This document shows, one piece after another, positions 53,396 through 60,004 of a stretch of DNA of 64,000 nt. Made by a program: the position numbers and the translations under genes. Position 1 is the first letter of the stretch. Each line of letters opens with the position of its first letter. The notes below the pieces were generated by a model. The model saw only the letters and a program-made list of their open reading frames with translations. It was not told the origin of the DNA and ran no database searches. This DNA is from Candidatus Nanoarchaeia archaeon (GTDB lineage Archaea; Nanobdellota; Nanobdellia; Woesearchaeales; ARS49): assembly GCA_041489925.1 (NCBI GenBank), contig JBGPSD010000004.1:25143-89142 (forward strand). Reading direction: 5' to 3'.

Positions 53396-53876
53396 TAAGC
53401 GCGGCCAGATGGAGATAATGGGCCTGGCAATAATAGTGATACTTGTTTCCCTTGCGATGCTCTTTGCAGTGCAGTGGATGCTTAAGCCTTCAACAGCAAC
53501 TGTCCAGAAGACAAAGCAGTCTGTTCTAGCAGCAAGCCTGCTCACCACAATGGTCGGCACAACAACAGACTGCAACAAGCGCACAGTTGGCGAATTGCTT
53601 GGCGACTGCGCGCTCACGCAGGGTGCGACAAAATGCGCTGACATGACATCCTGCGATTATGTGCGCGGGGTAATGGGCAGCATCTTTAACGCGACAATGA
53701 AGAAATGGAATCTTGATTATTATTTCCACATCACCGGCGCCTCTTCTGTTGAGGGCATGAAGTTCGGAAGCGGCTCCACACCGCAGCCGTGCAAAGGCGC
53801 AAAGCAGGGCAAGGAATACCCCCTTGTCGTAACCCAGACATATGAGCTCAAGCTCTACCTTGATATCTGCGGGTGA
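53385..53876 (+). CDS. Pilin-like protein with a class III signal peptide (163 aa)
   Basis: SD ggaggt lies 8 nt upstream, and the gene overlaps the upstream gene by 11 nt. The N-terminus is MRRDKRGQMEIMGLAIIVILVSLAMLFAV. Confidence 0.6.
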   Translation: MRRDKRGQMEIMGLAIIVILVSLAMLFAVQWMLKPSTATVQKTKQSVLAASLLTTMVGTTTDCNKRTVGELLGDCALTQGATKCADMTSCDYVRGVMGSIFNATMKKWNLDYYFHITGASSVEGMKFGSGSTPQPCKGAKQGKEYPLVVTQTYELKLYLDICG

Positions 53877-53924
53877 GAATATCGTCGCCGAAGATTTAAA
53901 AGCGGCCGCGGTTTAGATTCCCAT

Positions 53925-55823
53925 ATGGGGCTGTGGGACAGGATAAAGCGGCTTATTCCAATCGCGCTTTTTGCAGCCGGAGCCACGTATTTGCTTGCCA
54001 ACCGCCCGCAGGTGGTTCCTCCAAATCCGGCATATTCTGTTAATGAGCAGGCAGAGAGGTCAAGAAGGGGTGATGAGAGATTTTGGAAATTTGTTTTGTA
54101 TGGCACAGCGCTTTCCGTTGGTGCGCTTGGCGCCACGCATGTTATCCAAAGAATGAAAGGGAAAACGCCATCATTTTTACAGCCTGCTGTTGAAAAACCA
54201 GGACTGGCAGGCATTGCCGCAGGGGCATCATACGGTCTTGCTTACTATTCCCAGCTGCCAAAGCAGGAGGATGCGCCTTATGCGCTCGGCATTGCAGCAA
54301 TGTCAGGCATTCTTTCTTATATTTTATCTGCAATATGGAGCAACTACAATCCGCCTTATTTAATTAACCACGCCAAAAACATTTACTGGGCGTTCCCGCT
54401 GGTAAGCCTCAAGGACCCTGCAAAGAAACAGGCAATTCTTGAAAAACTAAGACCAGGGCAGGCAATCCCTGTTAAGTTGGACATTGAACTTGTTGACTTA
54501 TTGTTTGAGCAGGGCAAAGTTGATGAGGCATGCAATCTTCTTAAGGACACAGCAAGGACTGCTGCAAAGGCACTTCCATCCACAGATTTTGAGCGTTATT
54601 TTACCCTGCCGCTTTCATCTGAAATAGTCAGGGGGAGGGCTGGCTCAAAGAGCCCGTTTAGCCTGATGTGCGAATACCTGCGCCAGGGCGACCTTGAAGA
54701 GGCGCTTTCAGCAGCAGACAATTTCGCGGCTGGGGAAAAAACACCAAGCAGGCTGGCTGCGCGGGCTTATGCAGTCCAGTCAGTGGCTGAAATGCTTCCT
54801 TCGCTGAAAGGGATTTTTCCGCATTTGTTGCTCAGGGAGACTGAGCTTGACGAACGCACCAGCCGCGCATGGAATGATGCCATCGGTGCAATCCTGTCAG
54901 ACCCGTCGCGCGAGCAGAAATTCCGCGTGATGGGCGAATCACGCAATGAAGTGCTTGAGTATGCCGCAAGCGAATTCCTCAAGGGTCTGCTCGTGTTTAA
55001 GCGCTGTGATGCAAGGCAGGGCTCAAGGCTGGTGCAGGAGCGTGAGAATATTATTTCCCTGAAAAACTCATTGGGGGACAGGATTGTGCAGTCAATCGCG
55101 TATGTTGAGCGCGATGGCAAGGCGTATCATGTCCTGAAGCACGGCACTTCCCGCACTCTTGAGGATGTTATGCGCACAGGCTCTCCTGAAGAAAAGCTAA
55201 AGTGCATGGACGAAGCTGCCCGTTTGCTCGCGAAAATACATCAGAGTATGATTCCTGAGCCGCAGGTTATTGCATGCGAGTCATATTACCAAAACAGGCT
55301 TTCATCCTGCTTTTATGACCAGCTTGCGAACAGCCCGATGTGCAAAGAAATTCCTTCATCAATAAAGGATGAGTTTCAATTTTTGGGCGAAAGGGTCAAG
55401 GACGAGCTTTCTGACGCGCCGACAGGCTGGTACAAGGATGCAAACCCGAGGAACTGGCTTGTTGAGGACAATGGTAATGTTGTGGCGATTGATTTTGAGC
55501 ACCGCATAAGGCTTCCTGTTCTTTTTGACCTTGTCAGCCTGCTTGAATTCGGCCCTGTGCCTGCGTCAACTGAGATTAAGGACAGGGTAATTGAGTATTA
55601 TCTTGGCGAATTCTACTCCATTAGCAAGGCTCCTATGAAAAAATTCATGCGGCACTACAAGATTGCAGCCCTCCAGCGCCACCTTGAACTTGCAGGCTAC
55701 AGGGTAAGGGACAGGGATGCAAAGGCAGCAGCATTCCACATTGACCGCGCACAGTCATACGCCTATGAGCTTGGCGAGGATATATTGGCAGAAAAGCTTG
55801 GCAAGATAATCATAAGTGCATAA
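53925..55823 (+). CDS. Membrane-anchored protein with a C-terminal kinase-like (aminoglycoside/choline kinase fold) domain
   Basis: There are about 4 N-terminal hydrophobic helices and a helical middle region. The C-terminal motifs YKDANPRNWLV (D-x4-N catalytic loop type) and VVAIDFEH (metal-binding D) are typical of the APH/ChoK protein-kinase-like family. Confidence 0.55.
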   Translation: MGLWDRIKRLIPIALFAAGATYLLANRPQVVPPNPAYSVNEQAERSRRGDERFWKFVLYGTALSVGALGATHVIQRMKGKTPSFLQPAVEKPGLAGIAAGASYGLAYYSQLPKQEDAPYALGIAAMSGILSYILSAIWSNYNPPYLINHAKNIYWAFPLVSLKDPAKKQAILEKLRPGQAIPVKLDIELVDLLFEQGKVDEACNLLKDTARTAAKALPSTDFERYFTLPLSSEIVRGRAGSKSPFSLMCEYLRQGDLEEALSAADNFAAGEKTPSRLAARAYAVQSVAEMLPSLKGIFPHLLLRETELDERTSRAWNDAIGAILSDPSREQKFRVMGESRNEVLEYAASEFLKGLLVFKRCDARQGSRLVQERENIISLKNSLGDRIVQSIAYVERDGKAYHVLKHGTSRTLEDVMRTGSPEEKLKCMDEAARLLAKIHQSMIPEPQVIACESYYQNRLSSCFYDQLANSPMCKEIPSSIKDEFQFLGERVKDELSDAPTGWYKDANPRNWLVEDNGNVVAIDFEHRIRLPVLFDLVSLLEFGPVPASTEIKDRVIEYYLGEFYSISKAPMKKFMRHYKIAALQRHLELAGYRVRDRDAKAAAFHIDRAQSYAYELGEDILAEKLGKIIISA

Positions 55824-56709
55824 TCATCAGGGCGCCGTTCAGCTCAAATGTCTTCTCCGCGATGTCCTCAAGCCAGAAAAAAAGCCTTTGCTCTTCAGGT
55901 TTTGCCTTCCTGCCTGATTTTGATATCTCCTCAAGCAGCGGCCTCCGTCTTGCCACGAACTTGCTGAGCCCTGGCAGGCTGAACCTGTAGAAGCATTCGT
56001 AGAAGCTGTTGAGATAATCAGTCACCTGCGAGTAAATGCGCATGAATTCCTTGCTTGGCGCGAGCTTTTTTTGGGATGCAACCATGCTTATGTCGCTGTA
56101 CTTGTCGCTTATCTTCTCCAGCTGCTCAACAATGATGTAAAGCCCGGTGGCATTTGACGCCATGTTCTTGTTTATGAGCCTCCTGCAGAAGTCAGCGAGC
56201 TTGTTGACATCCTTGTCCCTCAGCACAAGGCGCTTCAGCCAGCCATAGTCCCTTTTCTGAAGGGCTGTTGAAATTTCAGACGCGTAATCTTTTATCACAA
56301 GGAACTGGCGCCTGAGGACTGCATCAAACTGCTCAGGGTTTGGCTGGGATATTTCACGCACGACAATGTGGTTTTTTCCGTGCTGGACAACCTCAAAGCC
56401 GGTGAATGCCTCGCGGATTACGCCATAGGCGGTTTCAAGCTCATCATTGCTGCTGAAGTGCACTGTGAATTCATCGTATCCTTTCTTGTAAAGCGCGCCC
56501 AGCACCCTCCTTATCGCGGGATTGAGCCCGGTTATGTCTATTGCCGCCTTGTTTCCTGCAGGCATGCTTGTGCTTTGCAGGACAAGCTTTCCCTCCTTTT
56601 CCTCGACAGAAATCTCATCACCCTTTCTTATGCCGTGCTGCTGCACCCACTTGCTTGGCAGGCTGACAAGAAGTGAGTTCTCCCCCAGCTTTATGACCTT
56701 GCGCCGCAT
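55810..56709 (-). CDS. AbrB/SpoVT-domain plus PhoU-like domain regulator
   Basis: The N-terminal MRRKVIKLGENSLLVSLPSKWVQQHGIRKGDEISVEEKEGKLVL is a swapped-hairpin AbrB-type domain. The remainder is helical and PhoU-like, as in archaeal 'phosphate uptake regulator' homologs. Confidence 0.65.
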   Translation of the reverse strand: MRRKVIKLGENSLLVSLPSKWVQQHGIRKGDEISVEEKEGKLVLQSTSMPAGNKAAIDITGLNPAIRRVLGALYKKGYDEFTVHFSSNDELETAYGVIREAFTGFEVVQHGKNHIVVREISQPNPEQFDAVLRRQFLVIKDYASEISTALQKRDYGWLKRLVLRDKDVNKLADFCRRLINKNMASNATGLYIIVEQLEKISDKYSDISMVASQKKLAPSKEFMRIYSQVTDYLNSFYECFYRFSLPGLSKFVARRRPLLEEISKSGRKAKPEEQRLFFWLEDIAEKTFELNGALMIMHL

Positions 56710-56774
56710 GGATGGAATTAGCTGTTCTCCGTATATAAAACTTGCGGCGTATAAGCGTATAAGGGAATATATAT

Positions 56775-56797
56775 GGTATATGGAAAAAGTATATACC
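56775..56797. promoter_or_regulatory. AT-rich inverted repeat ggtatat-N9-atatacc in the divergent promoter region
   Basis: Read directly. The 127-nt gap contains at least five TATA-like elements. The repeat lies 40 nt upstream of the Lrp-family gene. Confidence 0.3.
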
Positions 56798-56836
56798 CTT
56801 TCCGGATATATTACGGTCTATTGCGAGGTGATTCCG

Positions 56837-57313
56837 ATGGTTTCGAAAAAAGAACTGTTGATTGTGGCGAATTTGCGGAAGAACGCGCGGGTGAAGCTCA
56901 CAGAGCTGTCGCGCAGGACAGGCCTGCCGGTGAGCACGCTGTTTGACCGCGTCCATAATCTCTGCGATTTGGGCATAACAAGGCTCAGCGCACTGCTTGA
57001 CTTTCCCGCGATGGGCTTTGGGACCTGCGCCACGATTCTTTTGAAGGTCGCAAAGGAAAAGCGCGATGAGCTCAGGGAGCATTTGATTGTTGCCCATTCC
57101 GTGAATTCCCTGATGCGCGTCAATAACGGCTATGACTTCCTGGCAGAGTGTGTTTTCAGGGACATGCGCGAGCTTGAGGAGTTTTGCGAAAATCTCGAGC
57201 AGGCTTATGGCGTCAGGGGAAAGGAGCTGCATTTTGTAATTGAGGAGCTGAAGCGCGAGGGATTTCTTTCAGAGCCTTCGCTTGTCAGGCAGGTGGTAAA
57301 GGATGGGAAGTGA
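56837..57313 (+). CDS. Lrp/AsnC-family transcriptional regulator
   Basis: Internal ATG at 56837 after the SD gaggtga. The HTH is LLIVANLRKNARVKLTELSRRTGLPVSTLFDRVHNL, followed by a RAM-like C-terminal domain. Confidence 0.8.
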   Translation: MVSKKELLIVANLRKNARVKLTELSRRTGLPVSTLFDRVHNLCDLGITRLSALLDFPAMGFGTCATILLKVAKEKRDELREHLIVAHSVNSLMRVNNGYDFLAECVFRDMRELEEFCENLEQAYGVRGKELHFVIEELKREGFLSEPSLVRQVVKDGK

Positions 57314-57614
57314 GCGGCTTGGTCCTGCAGGGTTTGCGCTTGCCCTCACTATTGCAACTCTTGGCTCCGGGCTGATGATGTACCGCGGCTACTGCCACCT
57401 TGTCGCAACAGGTGTTTTTCCTCCTGTTGTGCGCAGGGAGGAGAAGCGCACCTTGTCTTACGAATCAAAAGAGGTTGAGCAGCTTGTGGAGAGCACGCTG
57501 TACAGGCGGGCTGTTCCTCTTGACGCAAGGGAAAGGGAGCTCTACAGGATGGACAAGGATAGGGATTGCAAAATCACAGAGAATGAAGTTATGTTTTATG
57601 TCAGGAACAAATAG
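57303..57614 (+). CDS. Small membrane-anchored protein with one EF-hand-like loop
   Basis: N-terminal hydrophobic segment FALALTIATLGSGLMMY. The C-terminal loop DKDRDCKITENE fits D-x-D-x-D-x-x-I-x-x-x-E, with Cys at the usual Gly position. Confidence 0.55.
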   Translation: MGSERLGPAGFALALTIATLGSGLMMYRGYCHLVATGVFPPVVRREEKRTLSYESKEVEQLVESTLYRRAVPLDARERELYRMDKDRDCKITENEVMFYVRNK

Positions 57615-57626
57615 GAGGTGTTTGAA

Positions 57627-57968
57627 ATGGATGAAACAATTGATTCAAAGGTGGAGGGTGCAAAAACTCCTTCAAAGATTGGAAGGTTTTTTGGCAATGC
57701 GGTTATGTACTTGGTTGTAATCGGCGCTGCAGGAGGAATTGGCGCAATCGGCAAGCAGGTGTATTATGACATCAAGGGAATCAGGCCTGTTGTGATGACT
57801 AATGATGAGTATAATCAGTTTTCAGAGATTATGTCTGACTTGAGCAAAGCAAGGCATGAATACCTCTGCGAGCAGGCAAGGTATATCCGCGAAACTGTTA
57901 TGCCCACTATTGACAAGAATGGCGATGGCCATATCACCCGAGAGGAAGTGGGTTTGCCTCCAAAATAG
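57627..57968 (+). CDS. Small membrane-anchored protein with one canonical EF-hand loop
   Basis: SD aggagg lies 8 nt upstream of the ATG at 57627. The TM segment is FFGNAVMYLVVIGAAGGIGAIG. The C-terminal DKNGDGHITREE is a textbook EF-hand loop. Confidence 0.6.
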   Translation: MDETIDSKVEGAKTPSKIGRFFGNAVMYLVVIGAAGGIGAIGKQVYYDIKGIRPVVMTNDEYNQFSEIMSDLSKARHEYLCEQARYIRETVMPTIDKNGDGHITREEVGLPPK

Positions 57969-58037
57969 CACTAACCAAGGAGTAAAGCTTATATACCTAA
58001 ATATTTCCCGAAGCAACATTGTAAGAGGTGTTCAAAT

Positions 58038-58343
58038 ATGGATAAGAAAGCTCAGGGACTACCAATAACAACAATTATCATAGCTATCCTTGGACTGGTT
58101 GTTCTGGTCATTTTGTTTGCAATCACTACAGGCAGGCTTGCAATATTTGGAAGGGCTACTGCAGAATGCCAGGGCATTTGTGTCGGTGAATACACAGGCG
58201 CAACCCCTGACCAAAATGCCCGCGAATGCACAGCTGGTTTTGAGAAAGAAGTTGGCGGCAATTATGTTAAGCCAGGACAGCCGCAGAGTATCAAGGCCGA
58301 GGAAATACTCAAGTGCTCGCGCTGCTGCCTGCCAATTGCCTGA
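58038..58343 (+). CDS. Small type IV pilin-like protein (101 aa), candidate major pilin, paralog A
   Basis: TATA ttatatac at 57989-57996 and SD agaggtg. The N-terminus is MDKKAQGLPITTIIIAILGLVVLVILFAI, and the C-terminus has a KCSRCC motif. Confidence 0.7.
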   Translation: MDKKAQGLPITTIIIAILGLVVLVILFAITTGRLAIFGRATAECQGICVGEYTGATPDQNARECTAGFEKEVGGNYVKPGQPQSIKAEEILKCSRCCLPIA

Positions 58344-58477
58344 TGGCGCTTATCACAGAAGCAACGCCTGGAAAAATCGTTGTTTTGATTTTCCTCGCGC
58401 TGCTGCTAATATACCTTGTCACCACATTGTTTGTGCTTGACAAGCAGCTTGTAATACCAATAATACCCGTACCATGA
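58343..58477 (+). CDS. Unlisted micro-ORF: 44-aa single-TM peptide
   Basis: Hand translation gives MALITEATPGKIVVLIFLALLLIYLVTTLFVLDKQLVIPIIPVP. Its ATG overlaps the upstream pilin stop (TGATG) and its stop overlaps the next pilin start (ATGA). It is below the 60-aa ORF-track cutoff. Confidence 0.5.
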   Translation: MALITEATPGKIVVLIFLALLLIYLVTTLFVLDKQLVIPIIPVP

Positions 58478-58752
58478 AGAAAGCACAAGGGCTTCCAATA
58501 ACAACAATCATTATTGCAGTTCTTGGGCTGGTTGTTCTGATTGTTATTATGGGAATATTCGGAGTCCGCAGCCAGAAGTTCGGCAAGGGCGTAAGCGAGG
58601 TAGCTGAGCCTGTCTGTCAGGCGCAGTATGTTGCTTCCATGACTGACTGCGATGCACGTGGCGGCGAAGCCCAGGTTGGCAGCTTTGTTAAGGAAGACAA
58701 GAGCCGCCTTGGCTTTACAGAAGTCTGTTGCTCTAAGGGGCAATCGCCCTAA
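58474..58752 (+). CDS. Small type IV pilin-like protein (92 aa), paralog B
   Basis: N-terminus MKKAQGLPITTIIIAVLGLVVLIVIMGIF with a C-terminal EVCCSKG. An oligo-T run (58758-58766) follows. Confidence 0.7.
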   Translation: MKKAQGLPITTIIIAVLGLVVLIVIMGIFGVRSQKFGKGVSEVAEPVCQAQYVASMTDCDARGGEAQVGSFVKEDKSRLGFTEVCCSKGQSP

Positions 58753-58806
58753 ACCCCTTCTTTTTTCACCGAAAGCCTTATATAAATAGTATTCTCGGAA
58801 TTGCTT

Positions 58807-58920
58807 ATGAAAAAAGAGGCTGTGACATACACACTACTTTTGTGGCTCGCAATGCTTCTTATACTCTTCTTAATCATAATTTCTGTCATGAGGCGCATGA
58901 CAGCAGGCGGTGCCCCATGA
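58807..58920 (+). CDS. Unlisted micro-ORF: 37-aa single-TM peptide
   Basis: Hand translation gives MKKEAVTYTLLLWLAMLLILFLIIISVMRRMTAGGAP. TATA ttatataaata (58778-58788) lies about 22 nt upstream. Its stop overlaps the next start (ATGA at 58917-58920). Confidence 0.45.
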   Translation: MKKEAVTYTLLLWLAMLLILFLIIISVMRRMTAGGAP

Positions 58921-59837
58921 GGCGAGGCGAAATCGGGGTTTACCCACTTATCAATCTGGCAGTGCTGCTTATCGTGGTTTTTGTGATGCTTGGCCTTATT
59001 CCGGGATTTACGCAAAATCTTCATGCAGCTGAAAGCACGAGCACATGCTCGTGGTCTATCCTTCTTGCGTCTGTGCAAAAGCTCGGCTCGGCAGGCATTG
59101 CAGAGGGAATTCCAGAGGGCTGCAAGGCAATAATGGTCAATGTCTCAATGAAAGACCTTGAGAAAAACCAGAGGCTCGCAAGCAACCGCATAACAGAGTT
59201 CAAGAACAAGCCTGACATTTACAAATCACAGTACTTCACAAACACAAACAAGGAAACACTTAACGAATTCGCGCTTGACAAGATAATCGCCGATGAGCTC
59301 GTTGACTGCTGGGAAAAAGTCTTCAAGGGAAAAATGCCCCTCTTTGATAACTGGTGGCGGTTGTACAGTTGGACGGATAACTCCCCACAAAGCGGTCCAG
59401 AAGCAATGAAACTCTGGTTTGGGCTCGGCACTATCCGTGGCCCGCCTGTCAACTGCATTATTTGTTCGCGAATAACATTTTCAGATGAAGTGATTTCACA
59501 ATTTAAGCAAAAGCAAATAATCTCACTTGAAAACTGGATGTCCCTGAATCCAGTTCCTCGGACAAATACTCCGTATCTTCAGTATATTTATGAAGGCCAG
59601 ACTGGCACAGACTTGTTCAAGCCAAAATACAGCTTTGTTGCTGATGAGCGTGGATTGGCGGTTCTTTATCAGCGCGTGAATGTCCACGAACTTGAAAGCG
59701 CGATTACAACCCCGTTGAAATGGCTTGGTGCAATTCCTGAAAAAACGCCAGACCTGAACTACCTGAAGCTTGTGCCTTACTCGCAGGAAGCCATAATTTC
59801 GCAGGATGGCGAGGGCTGCACGCTTATAATTGACTAA
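58917..59837 (+). CDS. Membrane-anchored extracytoplasmic protein with a variant class III-like N-terminus (306 aa)
   Basis: Internal ATG at 58917 of ORF 58842..59837. The N-terminus is MRRGEIGVYPLINLAVLLIVVFVMLGLIPGF. Confidence 0.55.
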   Translation: MRRGEIGVYPLINLAVLLIVVFVMLGLIPGFTQNLHAAESTSTCSWSILLASVQKLGSAGIAEGIPEGCKAIMVNVSMKDLEKNQRLASNRITEFKNKPDIYKSQYFTNTNKETLNEFALDKIIADELVDCWEKVFKGKMPLFDNWWRLYSWTDNSPQSGPEAMKLWFGLGTIRGPPVNCIICSRITFSDEVISQFKQKQIISLENWMSLNPVPRTNTPYLQYIYEGQTGTDLFKPKYSFVADERGLAVLYQRVNVHELESAITTPLKWLGAIPEKTPDLNYLKLVPYSQEAIISQDGEGCTLIID

Positions 59838-59880
59838 AATGATACAAACACTTTATTCGTTGTGGAAAAACAGGAAGGCG

Positions 59881-60003
59881 ATGGATATTCCCGGATGGGC
59901 TTATGTTATCGCTTTGATTATCGGTCTGTTTGTGATACTTTTTGCAATCTGGATTGCTGCAAAATCAGGTTCCAAGCAGTCCGGCTTCCTGGAGCAAATA
60001 TAA
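59881..60003 (+). CDS. Unlisted micro-ORF: 40-aa single-TM peptide (54 aa if started at 59839)
   Basis: Hand translation gives MDIPGWAYVIALIIGLFVILFAIWIAAKSGSKQSGFLEQI. SD-like aggaagg is at 59872-59878. The stop TAA lies 1 nt before the ATG at 60005. Confidence 0.45.
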   Translation: MDIPGWAYVIALIIGLFVILFAIWIAAKSGSKQSGFLEQI

Positions 60004-60004
60004 G

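Noticed and set aside
53066-53644. 192-aa minus-strand ORF over the pilin-like genes, and the similar 56618..57232 (204 aa) and 61772..62287 (171 aa) minus-strand ORFs
   Set aside because: They are antisense to coupled plus-strand genes that have SD sites and class III signals. No start context or motifs are present.
53903-53910. GCGGCCGC (NotI) palindrome between the pilin cluster and the kinase-like gene
   Set aside because: It is a single 8-bp palindrome with no partner or flanking structure, so it is likely chance.
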